A DNA stretch of 60,922 bases, filler included, from Rhabdomonas costata (GCA_019059605.1; 16 parts of 16 records of this genome joined end to end with filler, not necessarily neighbours in it), one strand, 5' to 3'; counted from the first letter of the whole stretch, positions 35,817 to 50,250 are shown. Made by a program: numbers and translations. Notes: generated by a model from the sequence alone, not told the origin.

Positions 35817-36690
35817 CAGGTCGAGCTGCTCCAGGGCCGATTCGGAGGGCTCCTCTGCCGTGACCAGCACAATGGGGCGGGTGCCCAGCCATGGGCCCAG
35901 AACTTTTGCACGCAGCGGGAGGGCAAACGAGAGCACGTCCAGCAGAGAGCCCACCACAACCTGCACCGGAAAACCCAACCTTCTCCATCCTCTCCTCCAT
36001 CCAAGACAGATAGACGAGTCGGAGCTGCATGGAGGGAGGGCTTTCTTTCATGCGTTGTGATACGGGCATGCCCAGTGGCGGTGTGCGACCATTCGAGGGC
36101 AACGGGGACTCCACCCATACGCACTTGTCACCCGTTCAAATCGACACACATAGACAGCAGATCATGACTAGGGGAAGGGGCGACCCACAATTCACGAGGC
36201 ATCTTCGGACATGAAATCTGCGACCCCCGAGTAACTCGCAGCCGACAGAATAGGGCGCAGCGGTCTTTGATTTGCATTACAACGCACAACGTTATTATAG
36301 ACTGATCTCCGAGGCCCGGGTGATTCCTATACTATTTTTCCCCCAAGTGTCAGGGAGTACAGGTGGGGAGGCATGGTACCACGTGTCCGGTGACTTCCTC
36401 GGGGAGGTGGTCTACCAGGAGGTTTCTCTCCAGCCGCTCCAGAGAGGTCCCTGCGAACTCCCGTGGGCGCTCCCCACCGGGGCCCCCCATTGGTGAGCTC
36501 TCACTTGCCACTACAAGGGGGGAAGTTGTGGGAGGAGCGGGGAGGGGCTTCAGAGTGAATGAGAGGACCTCCCGCGGGAGGCGGGGGAGGTACTGTCGCG
36601 CGCGGAAGTCAAAGAGGTAGTCCGTGGCAGAGGAGCCGCGGGTGCAGCGGAAGGAGGGCAGCCGGAGGTCCCCGCGGTCGATGGCTGAGC
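35817..36690 (-). CDS. RCK-domain segment of a BK/Slo-like K+ channel; exons 36380-36690 and 35817-35960, more exons likely upstream
   Basis: Spliced LPEEVTGHV|VVVGSLLDVLSFALPLRAK...RPIVLV resembles the RCK2 start (GHVVVC...V.PLRA...IV.V). Confidence 0.6.
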
Positions 36691-38407
36691 CTATGTCGTG
36701 CACCCACACACCCACAAATGTGCACAAGAGAACTGCTCGGGAGGAAACCGCTCACCAACTTCACCGAAGTTATATTTCCCATGTAATAGTAACGTGATCG
36801 AAAGGAACACGGAACACGCCTTTCCATCATCAGTGACAAGTGCTCACATATCACAAATAACTGGGTTGCCAATGGTGCATACAAATGCGGAATAAGGCTG
36901 ATCGTCTTGTACCTTTAATAACTTTGAAAAAACCTTGCCATACAAATCGACCAGAAACGTCCGTTTTTCGCCCATCAACCCTACCCTATGGCCGCGCGCC
37001 CCGACCTGGAAGGGCGCGCCGCATTGTTGGGGGAAGGAAGGAGGCGGTCCCCCAAAAGGCCCGCAATGACCATGAGAACGGGGATTAAAAATAACCCCAT
37101 CTTCTTCAAAGGGGCAGGTAGGATTTACCCACGTAAACCGCAGAGAGCTCCCGTCTCTCACCCCCGCAGCGTTGCAGATCTTAGCTCATTTCTTCCATGA
37201 TATTGGGTATCACGAGAAAGGGGTTGCAGTGGGCAAGGTGCGCCACCCATCCCTCCACCTCGAAAAAAAGAGCACGTGCACGCACGCCCACCTTCCACGG
37301 GTGTCGCAGGGAACAAGTCCAGTAGGCCAACCGTCTGGGCAATGCTCATCCCCAGCTGCACACGGACGCATCATTCACGGCTCCATCTCACACATGCACT
37401 GCATGCATTCTCTCTCTGAGCTCAGCGCACCGTGTTGACTTCCCTCTTATCCGGTTGAGTGCCGTACCTCAGGCAGTATAGTCTCTGTGTGTACGTTTTT
37501 TTTGTGAGCTTCCGTGGTCTTTTCCTCGCGGAAAGGACTAACAGAATGTGTATGCGTCTGTGTGTGGCGAGTGGGTGCGCGGGTGGGAGTTGGGAGAAGC
37601 AACCTCTCCCACGAGCATTGCACCAGGGATGCGGCCGATGGTATTCTCCAGCAGTGTGAGTTCCACCTGAATGGCTCTCTTGGCATCCTGAAACCCAACC
37701 AAATAGCGTTGAAATTTGCCCTGTCTCCCGTGAATTTAATTTCCGGGGCAGAGAGAGAGTGAGGTATGGGTCGCCACTGACTCGTGGGAGCGCATTGCTG
37801 TCCGGTCCTCCTCGTTTTGATTTTGGCTCGAAACAGCCACTAAGAATGGTGCATATGCCCGCCCCCCTCCCTCGCTTGCGCTCAGCGGGGGTTTGTGATC
37901 CATACAACTGGGAAAGCCCGCATCAAAGCCGTAGTTAATAAGGTCATTCCCCGTCAGAAATGGTGTCAGAGAAGGTACAATGAATCAATTTTCATTCATC
38001 ACGCCCCCTTCCCGCGTCTGCACTCAACCCCCTCCCATTCCGTTGCAAGGCATTGCATCCAGTCCTAACCCCCAACCCCACCGGGCTTCTCTTCCTCCGG
38101 TGGCACTCCCGAGATGTGAGCTNNNNNNNNNNNNNNNNNNNNNNNNNNNNNNNNNNNNNNNNNNNNTTAATTAATTAANNNNNNNNNNNNNNNNNNNNNN
38201 NNNNNNNNNNNNNNNNNNNNNNTTGTTGGGGGGTGAAGGCAGTCCACAGGGTTTGGGCCTGCCGAAGAATTTGTGTGTGACCAAGCATTGGAAGAGGACA
38301 TTCTTTGTTGATACCGTCCGTCACGGCCTATCCCGTCGTCCGCTATCATGGGGACTGGGTGAGAGCAGCGAAAGGTATCTGTTGCACGTCGCTCATTGTG
38401 TTTCAGG

Positions 38408-41400
38408 AAGCTGATCTGGCCAAAACCCGAACGGAGCTGAGCAGTCTGCAGGAGAAATGGGACTATTTGGACCAGGTGAGTGGGAAGGATAGCTTCTTCC
38501 TTTTTCTTTTTTTTAGGCATAGTACATGTTTGCGTCCCACCCCACCCCCTTCAGAAAGCGCGAGCGCTTGTCAGAACTCGCAGCAAACATTTCGTGGCCT
38601 GGCCCAGCTCAGATTTCGTGACCCAACACTGACCATCTGTCCTATCTGTAATCGTGTGATATGGGCTAAAGGCCTGAAAGAAAAGCCTGCGTGTGATAGA
38701 AAGAAAAGAGTGCTTATCTTGCATGTACGGGGACCTCACCTCCAAATGTTCTGTGCTTGCATGGGGTGGCTTTGGGGGGCTTTGGAAACGCTTGCTTGTT
38801 TGACGGAGCATGCAGTGCATTTCCTGCTATGCAAGATGATTTACCAAGTTTGGGTTTGCGTCAAACACGGTAATGCAAAAAGTGAGTGGTGCAGTGTTGG
38901 AAGTATAATCTTGTTCGTGACTTTTTGTGCATGTGGTTAGGTTATGAGCTGCTCGACTATGCGCGAGGGTCTTTCCGGGCTGAGCCCAGAGATGGTTACC
39001 CAGCTGCTTCCAATGCAGGAGAAGCCCGAGGAGGATCCCAGCGTTATGGTTCTCCCCGCTCATTTTTCCTTGTGAAGGAACATTTCCTTGGAAAGCCAAG
39101 TGCCAGTCCTCTGCAGGTGAATTGGGCGCCACATTTAGCGGGCTATTCTTTTGGGGGGGATAGTCGCTACTGGCTATCATGTCGCACATCCCAGAGAGAA
39201 TGGCAATGTTCTTTTCTGCCGGGTTGCCAAACAAAAAGGAAGCAAACGTGTTATGTTCTACTCATAACTGTGACGATTTGAGCTGCGGTGGAAGTGCGTG
39301 TCAGAGTGGCGACTTGCATATTAGCAAATTGAGAGCTGCTTTTAACCGCGCTCTGAGATGCCCCACCACATATGTCAGCGGCATGTACATGGGATAGTTG
39401 GGATAGTTGCTTTTTTTGTCTTTATGCCAGCCGGAATCTCTCCGTTCCTTCGTGCTGGAGGACAGCTGGCTGAACGCTTCTGCAGCCAACCCGGCAGTAT
39501 CGCTCGCGAAGTCGAACAAAACCGCCACGGCGAAGCTTGTGGGGTTGCCTCCTCCAAAGCCCCCACCGAGACCCGACCCAGGTCAGTGATCAGATCCACC
39601 TGCATCACAAACTGGAACCACTTCATTCGTCCGTTGAGAGAAGTGAATCCTTATGGTTCCTCCTGGGTCGCGTGGGTCGAATCTCGGCACTTCGGCGCAC
39701 TTCTGGTGTAGGATCGTTAGCCTTCGGTTGGCCTGTGGTCGGCTATGGTTCGGAGCTTGGTGGGGTTGGATTCGATCCTAGGTCACCTGGTTGGTGCCTT
39801 CCACCTTCTGCTCGCTATCCACTTTATCACTTATCGAAAGAAACAAAGGCAAGTGGAATAACAAAAAAGAACAGAATCGGGTTCTTCTGGGTCAGTTTCT
39901 TCTTCGGTTCATTTCGGAAATAAAAAAGACACAATCGAAAAGACGCCACTTAGTAGTCTTTCGATCACACGGTTTCGAAAGGTTGCAGAGAGCTTGAATT
40001 CCCTATTTTTATCGATCTTTCTAAAAACTCTCTTCCGATTCGTTCTCAATGATTCTTTCTTGAACATGGCGCTCTCGCCCAAAAACCGGCCATTATTTGA
40101 ATTGAAATTTGACATGGGTTCAAATGGAATTGGAATTCTCTTCTTAGAATTGTACACGGGCTGGTACAGTTTGCCGTAATGCATCATTCGCTTGGGTTCT
40201 TCTGCACACAAAGGCTGTTGACAAAGCAATTGTGATTTCTTGTTTTCGATGAGACGAACAGCCATAATTTGCAATCCGGTTGTTATGAACTTGAGGGTGA
40301 AATTCTTGCAATTCTGGTGACAAGCTTTCTAAAAGTAGAGGTTGATATACGTTTCCCTGCAATGTCGCAATCAAGTCGCAGGTTGCGCCTCTTCTCAGGT
40401 ATGGTGCTCAGTACCCCGACGGCCAAGCTCACAGCCGCCTCGAGTGTGGAGCAACAGCAAGCCTACGACACCGTTCGAGGAGAGCTGCTACGCCTTTACT
40501 GGGTCATCCACATCCAGCGCAATGCGCTACTGAAGGTGTGCGGCACTCTCGTCTGTCTTGTGTGAAATAATCGGATCCTCTCGTCCGGGAGCTTGAGGGG
40601 CATGGGTTGTCTTGCACATCGTCGGGGTCGTCGTTCCTGAAACGGGAGGTCGTCCATCTCTTTCTCTCGACATTGCGTCGGTCCGTATTTCGGGCTTTTC
40701 TTCTAATTTCTGACAAAGGCATTCTTTCACTGCATCTCTGCTGTGCATCTGGGGTGTGACTGTGACAATAAAAGTCGCTCGTCTCCGATGTCTCGATCAC
40801 ATGTACCCGATGTGCAGTGATCTGCGCTGATCTGCATTGAGCACTGCGTTAAGCACAATCGCGGTTGGTAAGGTCTCTATGTGCAGCGTGTGTTTTTTCC
40901 CTGCCTTTACCTCTTTGGTTTAGCATCTATACAAGGACGCCAGATGGCGTCTTTGACAGACAAATACAAAGGAGGCGAAGAACTACTCACGGGGATGCGA
41001 ACAGGGGGGTTAGTTAGCTTCGGCCATCCGATTTGTCATGATTCTTTCTCGTTATTTTCCATTTTACGGAGCAGTGCAGGTCCGCATCATACCCTCTGCC
41101 GTTTCCGTCTGTCGGATGGTTTTTTGTGCTTTTTTGATCAATGTTGTAAGCAAGCGCATAAATTCGACTTGGATTTTTTGTGCACTTTTTAGCCTCTCTT
41201 TTCGCTTGGGGCTGCCGAGGCGCTTTTGATAGTTTCGTACACTGCGGCTGACCTCTTGTGTTTGATTTGGTTTGTCACATGTTGACCCTCATTTGCACAC
41301 AAGTTTCTGAAGCATTCGTGCACTCGCGAATGCAGCTGGAGCAGATCGCAGCCCGAGAGCGAGGCCTTTGTGAGGAGCGGCAGGTTGCCTTGCAGTGCGC

Positions 41401-41638
41401 CCTAGCTGCCTCGCAGGCCGCCACCCAGCATCTCACCACAGAGAATGCCAAGCTGGCGGTGCGGCTAAGCCAGTGCGGGGCCCAGTACGAGGACCGCCTG
41501 GCCGCGGCGCGAAAGGCTCTGCTTGAGTGCGAGCGGCGAGCAGAGATGCTGCAGGAGCAGCTAGCCGATGCGGAGACGTCGAAGGGGCGGAAGCACGGTG
41601 GAGGTGGGGCGACCTCCCCGTCCCGCGGAAAGAACTGA
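38408..41638 (+). CDS. Multi-exon coiled-coil protein of unknown function (3' part)
   Basis: AG/GT-bounded segments EADLAKTRTELSSLQEKWDYLDQ, AYDTVRGELLRLYWVIHIQRNALLK and a final LEQIAARERGLCEERQ...GKN*. The exon chain is not fully resolved. Confidence 0.5.
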
Positions 41639-44600
41639 CCACCCTATGTGAACTCGTGTGCCCTCTCTTTTTCTTTCTTCATCTGTGCTGGTATGAACGG
41701 TTGCAGATGTAACCCATGTACACGGGGTGGGGGGGGTCGATCTTTCGAGCCTTCTGCTGAGGTTTCGGGATGTGCAGTTGCTCTACAGGAGAGTGTTGAG
41801 CGGATCTATCGTTAATGAAGGGATGGGTAGACGGGAGGATGGTGCACAGCCGCAGAAGTCGGAAGGTTCTCCATTTCCCTGCTTCTATTTTTACAATCCC
41901 CTCGTGTACATGGGTTACACCCGCACNNNNNNNNNNNNNNNNNNNNNNNNNNNNNNNNNNNNNNNNNNNNTTAATTAATTAANNNNNNNNNNNNNNNNNN
42001 NNNNNNNNNNNNNNNNNNNNNNNNNNTGTTCGGTGTGTTTGGGGGTGGGGTTTGACACCCAGTATGGGTATTCCATTGGGTATTCCATTACATCAGAAGT
42101 TTTACAGGGGGTTGGAGGGCGATGGACAAGAATGCGATTCTCGACGTGCGGGAGGAGCAGGCCCTCCCTTCCCAGCAACTAGCCAAAGGTCAGGAGGCGT
42201 TAAAGCTTTGATACACTCTCTCTTGTTGGACTGAGTGTAATCATTTTTTCGGTTTCTTGTGACTGACGACGTCCCCTTTTGCTCTCTTGTTTTCGCTTGC
42301 GCGCGTTTGAGTGGAAACTCGAATGTAACCACCACTCTAAAAAGGACATCTAACGCCCCCCCCCCCTCCCGCCCACACACACTGTGCATACCCAAGCAAA
42401 AAAGTAAATAGCTGAACACAAAATTTTGGGAGACAGGGCTCAGGAGACAGGGCTGCAGTCTTCACTAAAAATTCAATTCGTAAGGTCAAAATAGTACTGG
42501 ACTTGCAGGTTTATCCCAAACCCACGCACACAGGGCACAGGAACATGTAGAACGGCCTGTTCCTTTCGCAACAGAGGAAATGCTCTCCTTTGTTCAGCTC
42601 TTAGGTTTTGTTTGGGGGGTCATTTTTGACATGTGGCAACGAATGCATCGGAGCGACACTCCGCGTAAATGGGAGCTGGATCACCTCTGCTCGGCTCTTG
42701 CTCCAAATAACGTGCAACGCAACTTACCGCCACACCAACGCTGCCTCACAAACAAAACAAAAGGCTGGTGGGGCACAGGGTTCCTGCCGGAGCAACATAG
42801 AAAACATTACAGGACTCCCACACATAACACCTTCGGACGCTGGCAGTTGTTGGGGGACCGGAAGCAACGATGGAGTCTCCACAAGCACTCGCAGCCCTAC
42901 CCCGGTGAAAGGAAACAAACAGGGACAAATGTTTTAGGGGGGGAATTGTCGTTGCTGGGGTTTGGCAGACAAATGGGACAAGATTATTGTAAGTGCGAAG
43001 GCCATTGCGCCGCTGGAGCAGGCTGATGGGTTGGGAAGGGCCAAGGGTGGCTCTGTTCAGCACTGCTAAACGTTGAGCAGTGCTAAATGACCGAATCGGA
43101 CTCTTTTTTTTGGGGGGATCTTTTTTTAGGGCACGGGGACTAAATAAACTGAGTCAGCGATCTCTAAATGCATTTAATTAGCTTTGCGATCGTTTAGCAG
43201 TGCAAAAAGTTTAACGCCCCCTCCCCCTCTCAAAAAAATACAGGAGGCCCAGAAAGAAAAAACGACCGAAAATCGACGCCGTTTCGCCAGCAGCTGCAAC
43301 GCCTCTTCCTCCTCTCACTCACCAATGCAACGCACGAAATGGAATGGGTATATAAAACTCGGCCAGCAGACCACGTTTTGGACACCGCAGCTGAGATCTG
43401 GTCTGATCAGATCGGATCCCATCACCAGCCCCCAGCCCGCAAAATAGGTGGCGGAAGGGTCAACAAAATCACACCAGAAGGCAGCATCGGATTATGAGGG
43501 CTGTAGCGCTGCATTCGCGTGGTAAAACAAGGAACAGGGAAGAAGACCTGTCCAATTGGGACCCCAATATACGAGAAGGACACCTGCCCCTACCTCGTCA
43601 CTTGCAGTGGCTATATCAAACCCCTTGTCGTTGGTCTGCCACGAGAACACGGAACACGGGCTACATTCCGCTTCAGATGAAAATTACGACCGAAGAGCTC
43701 GTGACCACCCCCCAGCAGACCATGGAAATCTGAACTTCATTGCAGCACACAATAGTGATCTGACTGGTTCAACTCTTTTCTTATGCGTTTGTCTCACAAC
43801 GATGCGAAGGTAAACGGATTCAAGTTCGCGAATTGCGATGCATGTCCAAATACCGACATGCTTTATCGCTCGCATAAAAATGCAGTGCCAATATAAAATG
43901 GGTTCCTATCTGACCATGATTTCCTTTGAAACTTTGCAAAACTTTGTCGTATACCCCCTCACCTGAGTGCTACGGCGAACAACAACACTGCAAAACCAGA
44001 TAACTAACATTCAAACGAGACATCATCTCGCAGCAGTTTGTGTCCATGCAAAATACAGTTCCCTGCGCATCACGAAGTGGCTGTTTTTCCCACACGAACG
44101 GTGGGAATTCCAGAGAAAGGAGGAGTGGTGGAACCACCCACCCAAGACCAAACGGAGCGCAGGAAGAACCCAGCATGTCTGAAGTCTCAGGGGGAAAACA
44201 ACGCAACTTTCCAATCCCATGGGTCTCCAAAGTTCTCGCCGGAAACTGTGGTTGGGTGGTGCTAGAAAAGGCCACGTCGTATGAACGAGCACCAAAGCAA
44301 TCCTTAAATCATTAACTTGATTGATACTCAAGTTCACCGAAACCTCCTGCACATCCCAACAGTGAAGTCGGGTGTGGAATACATATTCTACGTGCTGTTG
44401 GGTGGGCCCTGCCCGGCGGCTTAGCCGAAAAGTCAGTGATGTGATAGATGGTGGTTCCCCGTACATCCTCGTCCCAAAAGCCTCAAAACCCCCCGGCAGA
44501 ATTTTAGGGACCACAGGGCGGAAAGAACTTGCATAACCCACAGCGAGAGGAGTCGGACCGTGCAAAGAAAACACATATGGCTCCTTCCCGGAATAGAGCT

Positions 44601-46125
44601 GCGCGAAAAAAAAAAGTTCAACAGAAGCCGTGGAAAACAGAGAGAAGCGAGAGCTTTAGCTTGGAAGGCGGCGATACTCATGGCGAGGGCGAGGGTGAGG
44701 GCGCAGTCTTAGCAGACCTTGAAGGATTTGAAAAATGCAAGCACTTCCGCAACCAATATTCGCAACTTTTGGGCTCTGCTGCTTTTGGTAAACCGGTGTG
44801 CAGATTTGGGCAGAAACTATCTGGAAAGCAAAGCAGTCAAAAGTGTGCAGGTTCCTTATGACCCTTCGTGCTGCTTAGTCCGCAGGAGGAGTTCCTCCAG
44901 GATCTCCAAATCGCAGGACTTCTGAAACATGCCTATAAATGACCGGGCGGGGATCTGGTTAAGTGCTTCCAGGCACAAGGCTGGGCAAGCCCTGGGCGGT
45001 CGACCATTTCTCCACCAAAACAGAGCCGAAGGCGTTACCATCCATCCGCGCATCCCGGAGCATGCCTACCTTGGTGGAAAGAACCTCGACAGAATGACTT
45101 CAGACCCATTTAGACACGTCGACGGTTGAATTAGCTGCCAGTATGCATTCCTATAAGGCGCGAAATAACAAAAACATCAAGTAGTGGGTCCATGAAAGTG
45201 CTAAATTTCGATACTGCCCAATTGCTGAGTTGTTCACAGGCCCCTCTTCACCTCTCACCCCAAAACACAGCACCTGTCTTTCGGAGTCGACGGAACTCTG
45301 CAATCTGAGCGAAAAAAAGGGGCGGGGGGGGGGCAAATGTGGCAAAGGGAGGAAATTGGAATATTTTTGGCCAACCACCGGCAAAACAAAGGCATAAAAA
45401 ATCGGTTGCTCGGCTTCGCGGAGCGCTCATCCTCTCATGTTGAAAAGCTCAAAGGCCGAAACAGAAATGGGACACTCCAAAAATATGCATTCACATGGTC
45501 TCACCCTAGTCACTAAAATAGACGCACATATTGGCCAAAGTTCACCGAGCTTGGTCAGAGCCAACAACAACCGGGAACACAAACGAGCAAGGTGGGGAAC
45601 CCGCCAAGGCGGTCGCGATTTCCGCTCGCAATAGGAAACCACCAATTGGAGTTCACCACTTGAAAGGAAGGCAAAGAGAGCCTACGCAAAAGGAAGGGAA
45701 AGCAGCTTCACATATCCGCAGACAAAACNNNNNNNNNNNNNNNNNNNNNNNNNNNNNNNNNNNNNNNNNNNNTTAATTAATTAANNNNNNNNNNNNNNNN
45801 NNNNNNNNNNNNNNNNNNNNNNNNNNNNTGAACATGAACCGAAGGACCGTAAGCTTAGACCCAGAGACCGACCTTACTTGGCTGCGCTTGGGTGAAGAAA
45901 AAAAGGACAAAAAGAAGCCCACAAAAATAAATGTATTATGACGTATCACATGCGAAATCAGGCGAATGCATTGCAATGAGCAGTGGCGCGAAGAATTCAA
46001 TCAGAAGAGTTGCAAAATCCTGCAAGTCTTCCGGAAAAAATATCAAACGAAACATCACAAAAAGGGATATCCATTATGGATCAAGGAGACAAGAATTCGT
46101 CAGAAGCTCAGTATAGTAGTATACG

Positions 46126-49100
46126 CTACACGGAAGTCTTTGCCAAGCTGACCACCACCTTCCAGTCGTGCGATGACAGCGGCTTGCAAAGGAACTTCGT
46201 GAACCCCGCGTCATAGCACCGCGCCTCGTGGCCCGCGCCGTGGTTCGCAGTGAGGGCCACAATGGGGGTGCTGCCGTGCAAGGGGTGCGCCCGAATCCTA
46301 CGGCAGGCCTCCAGCCCACCCATCACGGGCATGTTCAGGTCCAGTAGAATGACGGAGTACCTTTTGATGGAGAGTGCCCACCCGCTAGTGAGTGAGAGGA
46401 GGTAACACGGAGGCTGAAATGCTGCGACGAAGTTGCCACGCAATGAACAAAACTCAGAAGTTAGAGACCTTGACCCCTAACCCTAAGTCAAAGAAGAAAA
46501 GGTGAGACTTGAAGTTGAAACAATATTTCTACGAAAAGGGCTCATGGAATCTCAAAGGAGAAACTTAATAACACTCAAAAAGTTGTGTTCTGAAAATGGC
46601 TGAAGAATTCTCCAAACCTTATCATCAGTGCATTATTGCGCAGATACGTGAAAACGTAAACACGATACGCAAAACCGATTTTATTGAAATGCAGACTCAC
46701 AACAGGGAACTGGAAAATATCGCTTGTACGGTAAAAACGCCACCCCTTTCTAAGTGCACCAAAAACTTACACTGTTGAGCTTGCTGGGGCAGAATTTTTC
46801 TAACACGTGCAGTTGCGTGTATATTGCTTCTCAGCAAAATACGGACGTCCGGATAAAGGTGCAAGGTAAACCAAAATCCAGAACAAGTATGAGACTGCAA
46901 TCCACCGCAGCACCAGTTGGTGCTATACCTGGACAAAGGTGTTACAGACATCCTGGGTATCCAAAAACCAAAACGAAGTGGCGCACACACATGACACGTC
47001 CTACTTCGACCAATGCGTCCTTTCAAATCGTCGAGTCACTGGAAACGATTTCACTCTGAAATCTCCGATTGAATTATTAAGGTCATTCAATTCAGAGCAT
47101 TAATCGATCCAATTAATTCAAATCAGTGAAAAGCGAAGAAAAAGGCAGAATACCGCCTGGCTTGAGCCAAATCCACTGCTTCGGAGCCATCATGAGCGCT
47201 GTCGACCAAGGTTAAGCCCGCACTGGCGAGCTGCCTGCAAGAAAAAAGCAGTTCAAAAGGCAACACTTCCTCTCAACATTTATTGATTAACTTGCAATTG
47301 TTAAAATGTCACCTCGAGCCGAAAATGAAAAACCACGGGACCAAAGTCTCCAATTACAACAAGTGCAGGCAACGGAGTCTAGTTTCTCCAGATTCACGGT
47401 ATAAAGAAGTCCTTTGGGAACTCAGTCCATAGTAGACAGGTGACCCACACAGACAGAGAAAATGCTGACGAAACCGATCTGTATTGGAGAAAATATCCAC
47501 ATGATCGATGGTGTAAATTGCAACTATATTTGAAATTTGATGTAAAATACAAACCAGGTTATAAAAGAGGGCGCAGCCGATGCAGGCAGGCCAGAGGTCT
47601 TTATATATGCAGTACAGTAGACCTCCTAAAACGCTGCGTAGGCCGCTCCTTGCACCCTCAGACCGGTATCCACCTGTGCCACTTGGTGGCTCTTGCCTTA
47701 ATTCTTCTTTAATCTTGTGCCGCATCTTTTGGAGGGTCTATCGACAGCACCCAACAAATGTAAAATGCAAACTGTCGCGTCTCAAGAACACGAATAATTG
47801 ATACCATTCGCAGAGGAATCTCGGAAAAAGCATCCGAAAATGCAACAACTAATCCCAAGCGGCAATAAAGGCCATTTACGCAATGCCCGCCCACCATCCT
47901 TTTCTAAGAGACAGGTGTCCGCCAGCTAAAGGACACTCTGCAACAAACCTGAGAAACAACTTATGGTTGACTTTGTTGTCCTCCGCGAGAAGAACACGAA
48001 TTTCTTTTCGCTCGGCATGAGTTTCCAAATCGCCGGGTCCAGGACCTTCCTGCACCACGGAGTTCACGGTGGAGGATTCCGGAATGGGAGCATCCGAAAA
48101 GTCACGCAAGCAAGCTCGAAGCTCTGAGACGTCCACGGGCGACTTGATGGAGAGATCTTGTGTCGGAAAGCTCAAACAGTCCGGCTTGGTCATTGTGTGC
48201 GGGATGGAAAGGCAGATCAGGCTGCCTTGCTGCCTCAGCACTGACACCTGCTCCGTGTCCTGCAGTGACGGATGCACAAACACCACATTGGGGGCAACCT
48301 CGCAGGAGGTGCTGGGTGTAAAGACGCACACCCCGATGTATCGCAGCATATTGGTGAGCGCCTCTCTGCGAGCGGTGTCCTCCTCAAGCACCAGCGCAGT
48401 GCATGAAATCCATCCCGAAAGATTCTTGATTACTGGGGCAGAAATCTCAAACCAAAACCGAGAGCCCTTTCCCTTCCCAGGGCTGCTGGCACAGATGCTG
48501 CCTCCCATCAAGGCTACCAGCTGCTGACAAATTGACAATCCAAGACCGGTGCCTCCCCTTCCATGGTCGGCTTGATAGAATTGCTCAAAAAGACTCCGCA
48601 GCTCTTCCTCCGTCATCCCGATTCCCGTGTCCGTCACGGTGACGCTTAGCTTCCCACTCGCAGCGGACCAGTCCACCCCAAGACTGATGCGCCCACCCGT
48701 GCAGAACTTAAGCGCGTTCCCCACTAGGTTCATCAGGACTCGATGAAGGAGCACCCGATCACACAGCAAACACGAGGGAACGTTGGGCGTGACGTCCAGA
48801 AGAAGTTCCGTCTTCTGCTCCATCGCTTGAACTTCGAGGATGCGCAGAACCTCGATGGCAAGCCGACGGATGCTCACCTTTTGGGGTGCAACCTTCATTC
48901 GTGCACTCCGAAGCTTGCCGAAGTCTAGCAGGTTGTTAATAAGCACCAGGGCATGCTGCAAGGCCGACCAGGCCTTTTGCAGAAGGTCCTTGCGGTCCTC
49001 TTCCTCCATTGAGCGGGTGTTGAGCACAATCTGCAGCGCTGAAAGGGCTGTGGTCAATGGAGTGCGAACGTCGTGTGTGATACTAGAGAGAGATGAGCAG

Positions 49101-49220
49101 TCATCGAACGCAGCACTGCCCCCCAAGTCTGAACTGTGCTCAGCGGCCTGCGAAGAGGAAGCCGTGGAATCGTTGAAATCAGAACCCTCCGCCGTATCCT
49201 TGGGTCGAGGAAGCATCCAC
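46126..49220 (-). CDS. Hybrid histidine kinase (HisKA, HATPase, pseudo-receiver, receiver), 5'-truncated; exons 47949-49220, 47154-47234, 46126-46360
   Basis: THDVRTPL, NLVGNALKF, DTGIG, LFEQFYQ, GGTGLGL, then VLLAEDNKVN, AHDGSEAV, ILLDLNMPVMGGLE, PIVALTAN, FLCKP. Confidence 0.95.
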
Positions 49221-50250
49221 CTGTGCAAAAAGAGAATACCAGGTGTAAACCATACAAGGCACACTTCTAACCATGAAGTCCTAATGGTGCTACAAACGCG
49301 ACCGAAATGAAAGGAGGGCAAATGGTCACACCCCACACAGAGAACTACTGTTAGCGGTGTTATGAATTCTTTCCACGAAGAAAGATAACAGACAAAATAT
49401 CTTTATCTGTGTGAAAACAGGGGACACAGCGAAAAAACCCAGTGGATGGATGGCAGACTGAGGGTCACATTCAGTGACACGTGGAAATTAAATTAACAAT
49501 CAAACAAACTGGCACATACCCCAACAANNNNNNNNNNNNNNNNNNNNNNNNNNNNNNNNNNNNNNNNNNNNTTAATTAATTAANNNNNNNNNNNNNNNNN
49601 NNNNNNNNNNNNNNNNNNNNNNNNNNNGTTGGGTGGGGGAGCGGGCAGACGACAGAAAAAAATGGGTGCTGCGTACTCGGAGCGGGAACGACACAATTTT
49701 TTTCTTTAACCTGGTAATGATCGCGAGAGACGCCGAAGAAGGAAGCATACGGGGGACTGCAGTCGTGCAATTTTCGGAAATGTCGTTAGGGGGAAAAGGG
49801 AAAGGTGAACTAGAATGCGAAACAGGGTGACCGGTGGAGGAAGCGCAGCGGAGAGTGGGTGCGTGGATGCATGGGACCGCAAACTGATTTTGAAACCGAA
49901 GGTGTCCCCCCGAAAAGGCAGCTCTCCAATCGGCTTAAACAAACATGGTACACCCCAGTTTGTTATCATTCACTAAGGCATTCCGTCCATGGGCACTGGT
50001 AGGCATTTAGACTCCCTGGTCAGAGGTGTTTCAAGTGCCTGTCACCTCAACAGTGCCCGCACACAAACAGCAGCAGCTATTCTCGGGGGGGGGGTATGCT
50101 GTACAGTAACAGATCTGATCAACAGGATTAGCACACAGGCACGAGAGAGCACACAAAAGGACACAGCGCATAAATGGCAAAGACGTTCTCCAATGGCAGA
50201 GCCGAAGGCCCCGCCGCTTTTTGAAAGGTCCATCCACACACAGCTGTGTG

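Noticed and set aside
41708-41919. 17-bp inverted repeat TGTAACCCATGTACACG about 210 bp apart
   Set aside because: It could be a MITE, but the right arm abuts the contig end and no TSD can be checked.
42027-45728. ORFs in contig 12
   Set aside because: No recognisable domain or consistent exon chain; at most very weak retroelement-like words and a 13-bp inverted repeat (about 43059-43203).
47154-47158. Apparent GC donor in the histidine kinase gene
   Set aside because: An in-frame GT donor lies 3 nt further on.
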